The translations under genes were made by a program, and so were the position numbers. DNA of 64,000 nt, from positions 32,001 to 96,000 of the forward strand of contig CAWDTA010000003.1 of the NCBI GenBank assembly GCA_963805085.1, in the 5' to 3' direction. The number at the start of each line of letters is the position of its first letter. Position 1 is the stretch's first letter. This DNA comes from an uncultured Veillonellaceae bacterium. GTDB lineage: Bacteria; Bacillota; Negativicutes; JARBTT01. This document shows, in pieces, positions 50,154 to 61,516 of this stretch. Under the pieces are notes generated by a model. That model made no database searches, was not told where the DNA came from, and saw nothing but the letters and a program-made list of their open reading frames with translations.

Positions 50154-50930
50154 CTATTTCTCCACCATATATTCAGGGCTTCGGTTTTTAAAATAGATTA
50201 GCTGTAACTTGCATTGTTCAAGGAATTCTTTAGCAATTGCAAAATTACTACCAATAGCTTGTTGCGTATGCGCATCAGAACCAATAATCACCAATCTGCC
50301 ACCTAATTCATAATAGCGTTTATAAATCGGCGTCAACGCATTGACAACACTTCGCTCACCAAGCCGTCGTGTATTTAATTCCAAAACAATATCATTGGCA
50401 ATTGTTTTTTTTAAAACTTCATCAATGAAATCTTGAAACTCATGATAATAAATTTCTGTATCCTCATACTTGGCATAACGTGCAATATAGTCTATATGCC
50501 CTAACGCATCAATAAACTTATATTCTTTTACGCACTTGGCCATCGTTTCAAAATAACTTGCATAGGTTTGCGCCTTAGTTCGATTTTCATAAAAAAAATC
50601 ATAATAAATATCTATGCCTTCTACCATGTGAATAGAACCTAAAACGTAATCAAAACGATCTTTTTTCACAATCGCATAATTCTCAGTAACACACTCTGTT
50701 CGCATACCAAGCTCAATACCAAGTAGCAAATGATTACTTCTATATTGATTATAGGTAGCAAAATAATCATCAACATCAAAAATGAGTTGATCATGCTTTG
50801 GATATAATAAATCCATGTGTTCTGTTGTGATTAAACCAATACCACATTCTTTTGCTCGCATCATAGCATCAGTTAAGAGCATTTTTGAATCTGAAGAAAA
50901 ATCTGTATGTATATGAGCATCAAATATCAT
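50154..50930 (-). CDS. PHP-domain histidinol-phosphatase (HisJ/HisK) family protein
   Basis: DAHIHT, TEH, GSIH, GHID, GSDAH. Confidence 0.88.
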   Translation of the reverse strand: MIFDAHIHTDFSSDSKMLLTDAMMRAKECGIGLITTEHMDLLYPKHDQLIFDVDDYFATYNQYRSNHLLLGIELGMRTECVTENYAIVKKDRFDYVLGSIHMVEGIDIYYDFFYENRTKAQTYASYFETMAKCVKEYKFIDALGHIDYIARYAKYEDTEIYYHEFQDFIDEVLKKTIANDIVLELNTRRLGERSVVNALTPIYKRYYELGGRLVIIGSDAHTQQAIGSNFAIAKEFLEQCKLQLIYFKNRSPEYMVEK

Positions 50931-51237
50931 CTATATTTATAACCATGCCTTTCGTATACTCAAGGACAAAACTATATGAAAGTTTTGTCCTTGAGCCCAT
51001 TTTTTGTACTATGTACTTGAGAAAGCAAATTACTACAAATCACGGAGAGGGGAGTGTGTTGTTTCTCCAGAAATTGTCCACATTTTTATATGTGTAGTTC
51101 ATCCGTTTCAGGCACAAATAAGTGTGCTACCGAGCACATAGACTTATCTTTGTTTTAACAATTAAAACCTATTTACATAAAATTTTCTGTGCCCTCCTGG
51201 CTTCAAAACCATTTTTTCAAAACAAGGTCTAAAACTA

Positions 51238-51942
51238 CTAAGCTACTTTAGTAGCTTTTATAATGAAAATTTTATGGTAATAGTTATCTCCATCTTTTTT
51301 TAACATATCATATGCGCAATTAGTAATATGATCTATTCTTTCAAAAGACAGTTTTCCTAATTGATTTTCTATAGTATTAACTATCTCAACCTTAAGTTGT
51401 TTATCTTCAAGAATCTTTACAGTAGTTTCCAAATTGCAGATTTCAAAATGCATTAAGTATAGTGAACCGCCTGGGTTTAAATGCTTATCTACATCATTTA
51501 TTATTTTATCTATAACATCGCGGCCTAGATTTCCTCCGTTGTTTGCCCAGCCAATCCAGTTATTTCGTTCTTTACTTTGTGGAGTAGGAAGTTGGGGAGG
51601 ATTTGAGTAAATAATATCAAATTTTTTATTACTGAACGGCTCATAGCAGTCTCCAACAAAAATGTTATCTTTAAAATCAACATCATTTAGATAGCCATTA
51701 ACTATTGTACTCATTACGGCGTTTTTGTTTATATCTACGCCATAAAATTCTTTTACCTTTTGCCCTATGAAAACAGCTGCTACTCCAAGACCTACCCCAA
51801 TTTCCAGAACTACGTCTGTTGGTTCGGTCTGGATGGCATCTGCAAGAAGAAGTGTATCTTCTCTAGCTTCATGTACTTCACTGTGGGAAAGAAAAATTTT
51901 ATCCCCGGTTATAAATAAATGTTTTATGGCTTCAATAGACAT
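51238..51942 (-). CDS. Class I SAM methyltransferase, HemK2/PrmC-like
   Basis: EDTLLL, VLEIGVGLG, DIN, NPP motif. Confidence 0.8.
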   Translation of the reverse strand: MSIEAIKHLFITGDKIFLSHSEVHEAREDTLLLADAIQTEPTDVVLEIGVGLGVAAVFIGQKVKEFYGVDINKNAVMSTIVNGYLNDVDFKDNIFVGDCYEPFSNKKFDIIYSNPPQLPTPQSKERNNWIGWANNGGNLGRDVIDKIINDVDKHLNPGGSLYLMHFEICNLETTVKILEDKQLKVEIVNTIENQLGKLSFERIDHITNCAYDMLKKDGDNYYHKIFIIKATKVA

Positions 51943-52135
51943 GAAAATTCCCCCTTTGTTTATCTTGATTAATTTTAGTATTACCTATAATTGTAATGTA
52001 ATCATTTGTAATTTACAACAATAAATACCAAAAAATATAAAACTATTGCATTTTATCCAAATACTGTATAATATCAATATATATATATAGGTTTATCATA
52101 TAAAACTATTTACTGTAATATTAAGGAGGTATAGA

Positions 52136-52780
52136 ATGTATACTTGTATAATTTTTGATGTTGACGGAACACTCATAGATTCGCAAAAGGCGATCATTGA
52201 AGCTTTAAAAAAGGTGCTGAAAGAAGAAAAACACAGTTTTGAATATTCCGATGAAGAACTATCCTTCGTTTTGGGGATACCGGGATACCTAGCACTAGAA
52301 CAGCTGGGGGTACGTGACATAAAACGCAGTTTGAATAATTGGACGGAATATACTCTTTTGCACTCTCATTACATAAGACTATTTCCAAAAATCAAGAATT
52401 TACTTAAATTGTTACGCAATTTAGGAATGCAAACTGGTGTAGTAACATCAAATACCAAAAAAGAGTTAGAAGATAATTTTTTGCCTTTTGGATTAATGGA
52501 TTTTTTTGATTACATTGTTTGTGCAGACGATACGGAAAGGCATAAACCAAACCCCGAGCCGTTGCTGAAATTTCTTGAATTGTCGGGTGCAAATCCTTCA
52601 AGGTCTTTATATATAGGAGATACTGTTTATGATTTGGAATGTGCCAAAGGAGCAAATGTAGACTTTGGGTTAGCACTATGGGCAGCAAAACCACATTATG
52701 AGCTTAATCCCAAGTTTAAATTTAAGTCTCCTAATGAAATTTTGAAAGTTATCGGAATTGAAGAAATCGAAAACTTTTAA
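52136..52780 (+). CDS. HAD-family hydrolase (PpaX-like)
   Basis: FDVDGTL, VTS, HKPNP, IGDT..D. Confidence 0.9.
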   Translation: MYTCIIFDVDGTLIDSQKAIIEALKKVLKEEKHSFEYSDEELSFVLGIPGYLALEQLGVRDIKRSLNNWTEYTLLHSHYIRLFPKIKNLLKLLRNLGMQTGVVTSNTKKELEDNFLPFGLMDFFDYIVCADDTERHKPNPEPLLKFLELSGANPSRSLYIGDTVYDLECAKGANVDFGLALWAAKPHYELNPKFKFKSPNEILKVIGIEEIENF

Positions 52781-52790
52781 AAGATTAGAT

Positions 52791-52866
52791 GTGCAAGTAG
52801 TAGCCTCAACTGTAGGAAGTCTAGAAGGCAATGTAACTATAGAAGCCGGCAAAGACGTAGTAATTG
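52791..52866 (+). pseudogene. Fragment resembling a filamentous-haemagglutinin/CdiA repeat
   Basis: Translates as VQVVASTVGSLEGNVTIEAGKDVVI. Confidence 0.5.
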
Positions 52867-53012
52867 ATAAGAGACAAGCTCACGTTTACTTTTGTCTCAA
52901 CTAAAATGTAATTAAAGAGTATAAAATAAAATGTGTAAGTTCTTTTCATATGCAAATACGAAAAGAACTTACACATTTTTGACAACAGAGGGTGCTTTCA
53001 TTGGTGTTTCTT

Positions 53013-54062
53013 TTATTTTATGCCAAATTGATACGTGGTTACTTCATGATATATTTCACCGGCTTTTAAAATGGGCTGAAGAAAGTTTGGATTTTTCAAT
53101 GCGTTGGGGAAATATTGGCTCTCTAAGCAGAATCCATATCTTTTTGCAATCGTGGAGCCTTTTTTGCCAGCAGGTGCACCATCTAAATAATTTCCGCTAT
53201 AAAATTGAATGCCTGGTAAAGTCGTCGAGGCAGTTAAGGTGATTCCGGTATTTTCAGCGTAAGCCCAAGCCGCTTTATTTAAGCTGCCATCATAATCGTT
53301 GATAACCCAGTTGTGGTCAAACCCGCCAGCAAATTGAAGCTGAGCAAAGTCATCATCAATATGATCACCAATTCTAGTTGCTTCTCTTAAATCTAACGGG
53401 GTGTTTTCTACAGGTGTAATTTCACCAGTTGGCAGAGATTCTTGGTCGGCAACGGTATAATAGTCGGCAAAGAGTTGAATTTGTTGATCTAGAATTGTAC
53501 CGCTATTATAGCCAGATAAATTGAAGTAGGTATGGTTGGTGAGGTTACATACCGTATCGGTATTACTCATTGCTTTATATTCAATCAATATGGTATTGTC
53601 CTCGGATAGTGTATAAGTAACATGGGTAGTCAGCATTCCAGGATAGCCTTCTTCACCAGCTTGACTTATGTAGGTGAGTTTTAATTGATTATTGCTTACT
53701 TGTGCATCCCAGACTTTTTTATCAAAACCGATTTTGCCACCATGCAAATGATTGTTGCCGTTATTACAGTAAAGCTGATAGTCGTTAGCGTTCAAATGAA
53801 ATTGACCTTTGGCAATTCGATTGCTGCATCGACCGATGAGGGCTCCGATATATTTATCTTGCTTTTCATAGCTGGCAAGGTCATCATAACCTAAAACCAC
53901 ATCGATGGGCGTTCCATTTTTATCAGGTACCTCTACCGATAATAACGTACCGCCGAAGCTTGAAATCATGATCTTCATTTTATTTTTATTGGTTAAGGTA
54001 TAAAGAGAAACGGTGGCTCCTTGCTCAGTTGTTCCGAATGCTTGTTTAGAAACTTCAATCAT
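53013..54062 (-). CDS. galM: Aldose 1-epimerase
   Basis: GRCSNRI, HLHGG, NLTNHTYFNL, GFDHN, CLESQ. Confidence 0.93.
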   Translation of the reverse strand: MIEVSKQAFGTTEQGATVSLYTLTNKNKMKIMISSFGGTLLSVEVPDKNGTPIDVVLGYDDLASYEKQDKYIGALIGRCSNRIAKGQFHLNANDYQLYCNNGNNHLHGGKIGFDKKVWDAQVSNNQLKLTYISQAGEEGYPGMLTTHVTYTLSEDNTILIEYKAMSNTDTVCNLTNHTYFNLSGYNSGTILDQQIQLFADYYTVADQESLPTGEITPVENTPLDLREATRIGDHIDDDFAQLQFAGGFDHNWVINDYDGSLNKAAWAYAENTGITLTASTTLPGIQFYSGNYLDGAPAGKKGSTIAKRYGFCLESQYFPNALKNPNFLQPILKAGEIYHEVTTYQFGIK

Positions 54063-54389
54063 TTCTATTCCCCCTACAATGCTAGTTTTATAGTAGTGTG
54101 TTATTACCTATTGATTAAGAAAAAGTTCAAACTATACTCAGAATATCACTTAAAAATAGGGTTGTAAATAATAAGATTGTTTGATAAAATTTGGTAAGTA
54201 AATATGAAGGGCGATCAATGATAATTCTAGTCAAAGAACGTAGAATGTTTCTTAAACATAGCATGCTTGAGCGATAAGCGAACTTTATTATTCCAAAAAT
54301 GAAATTTATTAAAATATGAATAAAAACGTGGTACTATTATCCTGTATTATGTTAAAATAGATAGAAGATTGATATGGAGGAGAGAAAAT

Positions 54390-56417
54390 ATGAATTTCAA
54401 AAATATTAAATTTAAATTTTTAGCATTTTTAATTCCTTTATTTATAATTATGTTCGCAATTTTAGGTCAAACCAGTTATTATTTAGCAAGTAAAAATTTG
54501 TATGAAACGACAAATGATTCTGCTAATGCAATAAGTGAAAAGTTTTCTATACAAACGTATCATCAATTACATAGTAAAATCGCTCGGCTTGAAGAGTTGG
54601 CTACTCAGCCAGCGATCTTAAGCCAAAATCAAGAACAAATGGTTCCTCTATTGGCTAATGTACAAAAAAGAGTTGGCGGCTATGCTGTTATGTTTTATAT
54701 TGATGCGAAAGGTCAAGGTACAACAGCAGAGGGGAAAAACTTTGATTATAGTGATCGGGCTTATTATAAATATGTTATGCAGAATAAAAAATCTTATATT
54801 TCAGAACCAATCGTTTCAAAAAGCACGGGTAAGTTAGCGATTGTTGCAGTTTCGCCAGTCTTTTCTAACAATCAAGTCGTTGGTTTGGTTGGTGGAACGA
54901 TTGGCTTAGATACATTATCAGATATTATGGCTCAGGTGAAATTCGAAGATACTGGATATGGCTATTTGGCTGATGAAACAGGACTTGTACTTGCTCACGC
55001 GAAAAATCCAGATAGTGTGGGTAAGTTGAATCTAACAGAAAAAACAGTGAATAAGGAAGTTAAGGCTGCTAGCAGTGAATTAGATGATCGCCTCATATCT
55101 GGATTTAAGGCTGCACTTGATACAGGGAAACAAGTAACTGCAAAGTATACTGGGCTTCAGGGAAATGAAGATTTTGCTGTACTGACTCCTTTTGAAATGG
55201 ATGGCAGACGTTGGGTTATGGTGGTTAGTGCTCCAATGGCAGAGGTCAATAGTGGGGCAAAAACATTGTGGATTACGATGCTGGGAATATCTTTGTTTTT
55301 TATTATTATCGCAGTAGGAATTATTTATATTTTTGCAAAACGTATTGCTAAACCAATCGAACAAATTCGTGATGAATGTGTAGTTTTAAATGATGGCGAT
55401 TTTAGAGCGAAAACAATAAATATTAATTCAGAAGATGAAATCGGTCAGCTAGCGCAAGGATTTCATAGTATGCGTGATAATTTACGAATTTTAATAACAA
55501 AAGTACAAAATCAAGCTGAAAAAGTGGCGGCATCTAGTGAAGAATTAACTGCTGGGGCAACGCAGTCTGCTGAATCTTCTAATCAGGTAGCTAGCTCAAT
55601 TAGCGAGATTGCAAAAGGGATCGAGCAACAATCTATGGCAGCTGAAGATGTCAATATCATTGCTGATCAATTAAGTAAAACAGCCGATGAAATTTCGGGA
55701 AAAACAAAAGAGATTGCTGAAACTGCAAGCAGTGCTAGTAATGATGTAGAACTTGGTCGTTCCTCCATAGCTAAGGCTGTTGCTCAAATGCAAGAGATCG
55801 GTGAGGGCTCGACACAGATTCAAGAAGCGGTTTCGGAACTAGCAAGGGGATCTAAGGAAATTAGTGATATTGTTAATTTGATCTCAAATATTGCGGGGCA
55901 AACGAATTTGTTGGCACTGAATGCAGCTATAGAAGCAGCTAGAGCTGGGGAACAAGGACGTGGCTTTGCCGTTGTAGCGGATGAAGTAAGAAAACTTGCT
56001 GAAGAATCTAATCAATCTTCGCAAAAAATTGGCGAGTTAGTTAAACGTAATCAGCTGGGTATGGAAAAAGCAGTAGCTGCAAGTAAAGCTGGAACAGAGG
56101 GGATTCATCTTGGTATCGAAGCTGTCAATTCAGCGGATGAAACCTTCAAAAATATTGTTAAAGTGATTCTTCATTTATCCGAAGAAATTGCAACGGTTTC
56201 TGAATCTATTGAAATGATGGCTTTTGGTAGTGGCGCCATGGTAGCATCTATTGGAGAAATTGAAAAAGTTAGTAAAACAAATGCAGGAGAAGCGCAGACA
56301 GTATCGGCGGCAACGCAGGAACAATCGGCATCCATGCAAGAAATTGCTTCGGCAAGCCAAAGTCTAGCGAATCTTGCGAGTGATCTACAAGAAGCGGTTG
56401 CGAAGTTTAAAGTATAA
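54390..56417 (+). CDS. Methyl-accepting chemotaxis protein (dCache + HAMP)
   Basis: [19 protein letters not shown] signalling hairpin. Confidence 0.95.
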   Translation: MNFKNIKFKFLAFLIPLFIIMFAILGQTSYYLASKNLYETTNDSANAISEKFSIQTYHQLHSKIARLEELATQPAILSQNQEQMVPLLANVQKRVGGYAVMFYIDAKGQGTTAEGKNFDYSDRAYYKYVMQNKKSYISEPIVSKSTGKLAIVAVSPVFSNNQVVGLVGGTIGLDTLSDIMAQVKFEDTGYGYLADETGLVLAHAKNPDSVGKLNLTEKTVNKEVKAASSELDDRLISGFKAALDTGKQVTAKYTGLQGNEDFAVLTPFEMDGRRWVMVVSAPMAEVNSGAKTLWITMLGISLFFIIIAVGIIYIFAKRIAKPIEQIRDECVVLNDGDFRAKTININSEDEIGQLAQGFHSMRDNLRILITKVQNQAEKVAASSEELTAGATQSAESSNQVASSISEIAKGIEQQSMAAEDVNIIADQLSKTADEISGKTKEIAETASSASNDVELGRSSIAKAVAQMQEIGEGSTQIQEAVSELARGSKEISDIVNLISNIAGQTNLLALNAAIEAARAGEQGRGFAVVADEVRKLAEESNQSSQKIGELVKRNQLGMEKAVAASKAGTEGIHLGIEAVNSADETFKNIVKVILHLSEEIATVSESIEMMAFGSGAMVASIGEIEKVSKTNAGEAQTVSAATQEQSASMQEIASASQSLANLASDLQEAVAKFKV

Positions 56418-56505
56418 TTAGATTAAGAAGTAAAAGGTCCAACAAATAGTTTTGAGTTAACTATTTGTTGGACCTTTTTATCATTCGTACGAGTCAGTTA
56501 TGTAG

Positions 56506-57381
56506 TTAGGCCAATGTATTGCTTAAGGAACCAATATGCTGAATAGAAACGGTTACTTTATCGCCCGCTTTAAGCCAGTTTTGTTCAGCTTCGGGATAAC
56601 CTAAGATGACGCCACTTGGGGTTCCAGTGAAAATAATATCACCAGGTTTTAAGGTGAAATGTTTTGAAATATAACTTACAATTGTTGCACAATCAAAGAT
56701 TAAGTCGCTGGTATTAGCAGATTGGCGTACGATACCATTGACTAGGCATTCGATGTCTAGGTTGTTTGGATCAATTCCATCCGAGGTTACGATATAAGGA
56801 CCGATCGGCGCGAAGTGGTCACAGGTTTTGCCAAGAAGCCACTGTCCAGTGCGCATTTGTAAATCGCGTGCGCTCAGATCGTTACCAACCGTATAACCAA
56901 AAATATAGGATAAGGCATCTTCCTTGTTTACATTTACAGCTTCTTTGCCGATGATGATCACGAGTTCAGCTTCATAGTCGAATTTTTCTGCGGATTCTGG
57001 TAAAGTAATGACCTGCTTATGGGCAGCCAAGGCATTATTAAATTTACTAAATAGAACTGGCGATGTAGGTAATTCTTGGTTACATTCTTTGCTATGACTG
57101 CCGTAGTTTAAGCCGACACAAATAATTTTTTCCGGATGCATTACAGCTGGGGCATAGGTTAAATTTTCTTCTGAGATAGGTTCACCCGCATTATTTATTA
57201 AGGCCGTAAGTTGTAACAGCCCTTTCTTCCCTCTGGCAATGACTTGCTCGATACTTAAAGGTGCATCCGAAGAGTAATTGGCAGCAAGTTTATTCACATC
57301 AAAAAGTCCTCGTTCAGTTTTGACTCCTAAATGTAACTGTTCTCCTACTTTAAAATGAACTAATTTCATAATATGTGTCAC
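56506..57381 (-). CDS. Fumarylacetoacetate-hydrolase-family protein
   Basis: ICVGLNY, DYEAEL, NDLSARD, GDIIFTGTPSGV. Confidence 0.92.
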   Translation of the reverse strand: MTHIMKLVHFKVGEQLHLGVKTERGLFDVNKLAANYSSDAPLSIEQVIARGKKGLLQLTALINNAGEPISEENLTYAPAVMHPEKIICVGLNYGSHSKECNQELPTSPVLFSKFNNALAAHKQVITLPESAEKFDYEAELVIIIGKEAVNVNKEDALSYIFGYTVGNDLSARDLQMRTGQWLLGKTCDHFAPIGPYIVTSDGIDPNNLDIECLVNGIVRQSANTSDLIFDCATIVSYISKHFTLKPGDIIFTGTPSGVILGYPEAEQNWLKAGDKVTVSIQHIGSLSNTLA

Positions 57382-57731
57382 TCCTTCTTGTTACTGCTAT
57401 TTATGTGATTAAATGGACTACTTTTTTGTGGCAATCAGATTGTAAAACCTAGTATGGTACTAATAAATATATATATAAATAATTACCAGTATAATTACAA
57501 TTATAGCAGGAGTAGCGAGCAGAATACTACCGATTCAGTCAAATAATTTATTGGCGATAGAAAAGTAAATAAATTATTTTTTCATAGAAACTAGCGGGGG
57601 ATAATGGTAAAATTATAGTATTGCGGTAAAACTGAAGATAAAATGTGGAAAGCCAATGCTGGCTCAAGTCGATTAACTAATCACTGAGTTCAATATTTGA
57701 ACTTAAATATATTATACGAGGAAGTAATGAA

Positions 57732-58922
57732 ATGAATAGTTTTGAATTTTACTCTCCCACGAAAGTTATTTTCGGTAAAGATACGGAAAATAATGTTGGT
57801 AATGAAATAAAGGAATGGGGTGGCAGTAAGGTACTGCTCCATTTTGGCGGAAAAAGTGCAAGGCGTTCAGGTTTGCTAGATCGCATTGAAAAGAGTCTTG
57901 ATGAAGCAGGCATTGCTTATGTAAGTTTAGGTGGAGTCGTTCCCAATCCGCGTGTATCACTTGTCCGTGACGGAATTGAACTTTGCAAGAAAGAAAACGT
58001 TGATTTTCTTCTCGCCGTTGGTGGTGGTAGTGTCATTGATTCAGCAAAGGCGATTGCGATGGCACTTGCCAATCCTACGTTAGAGGATGTTTGGGATATT
58101 TACGACGGTAAGTTCGTTCCGACAGCTTGTTTTCCCATTGGCGCAGTTTTAACGATAGCGGCATCTGGCAGTGAAAGCAGTGATTCCAGCGTTATTACCA
58201 ATGAAGATGGTTGGCTTAAAAAAGGTTTTAATAGTAATATGACTCGTCCCAAATTTGCGTTAATGAACCCAGAACTTACTTACTCACTGCCTCCTTATCA
58301 AACAGCTTCTGGTGTTGTCGATATTATGATGCACACCATTGAACGCTATTTTTGCTCACAAAAGGGCAATGAACTTAGTGATCGTATTGCAGAGCAAGTA
58401 CTGCGTAATACGATTAAGTACGGTAAAATCTGTATGATTGACCCTCAAAATTACAAAGCGCGTTCTGAAATTATGTGGTCAGGCAGTCTTTCACACAACA
58501 ATTTGACTGGGCTGGGTGGTAATAAAGATTTTTCTGGTCATGCGATAGAACACGAGCTAGGTGGTATGTTTGATGTAACACATGGGGCTGGTCTAGCGGC
58601 AGTGTGGTGTTGGTGGGCGCGGTATGTAATGCAAGAGGATATCAATCGTTTTGCTCAATATGCAATCAATGTATGGGATTGTGTTTTAGATCCGATTGAT
58701 CCAACGATTACCGCATTAGAAGGCATACAAAAAACCGAAGAATTCTTTAGCTCGCTTGGTATGCCAATTAACCTTTCTCAATTGGGGGTAGGGAAATTAA
58801 CTGACGAGCAAATTGAAGAGATGGCGATCAAATGCACCCGTTTTGGTAAACGTATCGTTGGAACGCTAAAACCATTATATATTGAGGATATAAAAAAAAT
58901 TTATCATATGGCAAATGTATAA
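57732..58922 (+). CDS. Iron-containing alcohol dehydrogenase (Bdh/YqhD-like)
   Basis: GGGSVID, GSE, D..MH..E, HAIEHE, HGAGL. Confidence 0.92.
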   Translation: MNSFEFYSPTKVIFGKDTENNVGNEIKEWGGSKVLLHFGGKSARRSGLLDRIEKSLDEAGIAYVSLGGVVPNPRVSLVRDGIELCKKENVDFLLAVGGGSVIDSAKAIAMALANPTLEDVWDIYDGKFVPTACFPIGAVLTIAASGSESSDSSVITNEDGWLKKGFNSNMTRPKFALMNPELTYSLPPYQTASGVVDIMMHTIERYFCSQKGNELSDRIAEQVLRNTIKYGKICMIDPQNYKARSEIMWSGSLSHNNLTGLGGNKDFSGHAIEHELGGMFDVTHGAGLAAVWCWWARYVMQEDINRFAQYAINVWDCVLDPIDPTITALEGIQKTEEFFSSLGMPINLSQLGVGKLTDEQIEEMAIKCTRFGKRIVGTLKPLYIEDIKKIYHMANV

Positions 58923-59011
58923 ATTGGGGATAAAAATATGCCTTGCCTTAAAAAGTGGATTAGCAATCAAACCTATTGAAATCGTTGAAAGTAGTAAGAG
59001 GAGTTGTAATT

Positions 59012-59479
59012 ATGAAAAAGATATTTTTCTATGATACGAAAATCGGTAAAATAGGGATTGCTGAGGAAAATGGTTCCATTACTAATTTGTATTTTTCTGA
59101 AGCAATGGCAGATGCGAAGGCTATTTTAGAGGAAACAGTTATATTAAAAAAGACTAGCCAACAATTACAAGAGTACTTTGCAGGAAAACGCAAAGTATTT
59201 GATCTTCCTCTTGCACCGAAAGGTACAGAGTTTCAACAAAAGGTTTGGCGAGCGTTAAAAGAAATTCCTTTTGGTGAAACGAGAAGCTATGGTGAGATTG
59301 CAAAAAGGATTGGACAGCCTAAAGCAAGCCGAGCAGTTGGTGGGGCAAATAATAAAAACCCACTTCCGATTTTTATTCCTTGTCACCGTGTTATTGGTGC
59401 CAATGGTAAATTAGTTGGCTATGCTGGTGGGTTAGAAGTGAAAAAAACACTTTTAAATGTAGAGAATTTGGTGTACTAA
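59012..59479 (+). CDS. ogt: Methylated-DNA-protein-cysteine methyltransferase
   Basis: GTEFQ, RAVG, PCHRV. Confidence 0.93.
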   Translation: MKKIFFYDTKIGKIGIAEENGSITNLYFSEAMADAKAILEETVILKKTSQQLQEYFAGKRKVFDLPLAPKGTEFQQKVWRALKEIPFGETRSYGEIAKRIGQPKASRAVGGANNKNPLPIFIPCHRVIGANGKLVGYAGGLEVKKTLLNVENLVY

Positions 59480-59578
59480 TTAAATAAAAACAGTACATTT
59501 TGTTATTTAGTGAAAATAGAAATGGATATTCAAAGCAAAACTTGCGATGAATATCCATTTCTATTTTCATATGTTTTT

Positions 59579-60979
59579 TTATTTCTTTATAAAGTCAAAT
59601 TCTTTATGATCTTGTTTATTGAGACCATTCATATAATAAGAAGCAATTACACCAGCGAACCAGATCGGCGCGATATAAAGAGCGATGCGAGTATCCTCCT
59701 TAAAGAACATGATGATTGCTACAAAAATAAAGAAAGCGATACAAATCCAACTAGAATAAGGTGAATGTGGCATAGGGTAATGCAAGTTAGCAATCTGTTC
59801 TTTCGACAAAGTCTCTCTGAATTTGATTTGTACCATTAAAATAATACCCCAGATCCAAAGCGCCCCGAACGTAGCAACGCTGGTTACATAAGTAAATACT
59901 TCAGCGGGAACTAGATAATTTAATACAACACCGATTAGTAAGAAGAAAGAAGAAACGAGGATGCCATTGGCAGGAACCAAATGATCACTTAGTTTAGCGA
60001 AAAATTTCGGTGCCTTTCCTTGTAAAGCCAGGTTATAAAGCATCCGTCCAGTACTGAAAAGACCACTGTTACAAGAAGATAAAGCAGCTGTTAAAACTAC
60101 AAAGTTGATAATACCAGCTGCGGTACTAATGCCGAGCTTACTGAATGTAAGAACGAAAGGGCTGCCAATAGTACCGATCTGATCCCAAGGATAGATGGAC
60201 ATAATAACGCTTAAAGCCAGTACATAGAAAATTAAAATCCGCCAGAATACTTTATCAATTGCTGCTGGTATTGTTTTTTCGGGATGAGCAGCTTCACCAG
60301 CAGTAACACCAATGATTTCAATCCCAAGATAAGAAAACATAACCATAACGATAGCCATAAACATACCAGAAATACCATTCGGGAAGAAACCATCATGCGT
60401 CCAAAGATTAGAAATGCCGATAGCGACGCCATCGTTACCGATACCAAAAAAGATCATCGCACAGCCGACGATAATCATAGCGATAATCGTGACAACTTTA
60501 ATCAAGGCAAACCAGAATTCAAACTCGCCGTAAGCAGATACGGCAATTAGATTTACAATCGTCATACAAACGAGAGCCGCTAAAGCTGGAATCCATTGAG
60601 GCAGATCAGGAATCCAGTAATTCACATAAACACCGACGGCGGTGATCTCGGCCATACAAGTAACGACCCACATAAACCAGTAGGTCCAGCCAGTAATGTA
60701 GCCACATAAAGGGCCTAAAAATTTACTGGAGTGAGCACTAAAAGCCCCAGAAACAGGATACTCTACGGTGACTTCGCCTAAAGCCCGCATCACATAAAAT
60801 ATGACGACACCACCGAGAAAATAGGTAAGGATCAGTGAAGGACCAGCGACTCTGATTGCTGCAGCTGAACCAAGAAATAAACCAACCCCAATTGCTCCGC
60901 CCAAGGCAATCAACTGAATATGTCTTTCTTTGAGACCACGATGTAATTCTTCTTGAAGACCATTATTTTCTTTTTCCAT
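59579..60979 (-). CDS. APC-family amino-acid permease, copy 2
   Basis: Protein identical to copy 1 except for the C-terminal tail. Confidence 0.93.
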   Translation of the reverse strand: MEKENNGLQEELHRGLKERHIQLIALGGAIGVGLFLGSAAAIRVAGPSLILTYFLGGVVIFYVMRALGEVTVEYPVSGAFSAHSSKFLGPLCGYITGWTYWFMWVVTCMAEITAVGVYVNYWIPDLPQWIPALAALVCMTIVNLIAVSAYGEFEFWFALIKVVTIIAMIIVGCAMIFFGIGNDGVAIGISNLWTHDGFFPNGISGMFMAIVMVMFSYLGIEIIGVTAGEAAHPEKTIPAAIDKVFWRILIFYVLALSVIMSIYPWDQIGTIGSPFVLTFSKLGISTAAGIINFVVLTAALSSCNSGLFSTGRMLYNLALQGKAPKFFAKLSDHLVPANGILVSSFFLLIGVVLNYLVPAEVFTYVTSVATFGALWIWGIILMVQIKFRETLSKEQIANLHYPMPHSPYSSWICIAFFIFVAIIMFFKEDTRIALYIAPIWFAGVIASYYMNGLNKQDHKEFDFIKK

Positions 60980-61516
60980 TTACATTCCTCCATCACTTAT
61001 TCATATTTTGATAAATAAAAACTGTAGTATACTACTGTCAATCATCTACGTATCCTCGGAAAGAATGATCCAAAATGATGCTGGTGAGGATGATATAATA
61101 GAAGTAAATAATCGAATAATTTGATTCATACAATTAAACCGCCTTTACAAAGTGGAAAATATATAAAAACATTTTTCGTGAAAAATAAAGAAAAAACGAC
61201 AAAATCTTTTTTTTATTCAGCTTTTAACGTTATTATTGTATCATTTATTTCATATTTTAAAAAGTGTTTTAGTCTATAAAAATGAAAAAAATTCCAAAAA
61301 AGGAATAAGGTACGAATGAGTATACAAAATTATATTTAATTTGATAAATTTTTTTTTAGTGTTTTCATTGTTAAACCTAGTTAGATTGACTATAGAGTAA
61401 TTTTTGCAAAAACTAGAAAAGTTTTTGTATATTTGTAATTTGGGTAATATCTATGGTAGAATGTAGTTATTGATTATGCGCGGAAAAATTTTAAATTCAT
61501 AATGGAGGTTTTCTTT

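Noticed and set aside
61035-61095. Riboswitch or T-box upstream of permease copy 2
   Set aside because: A hairpin is possible, but no glycine, lysine or T-box consensus was recognised.
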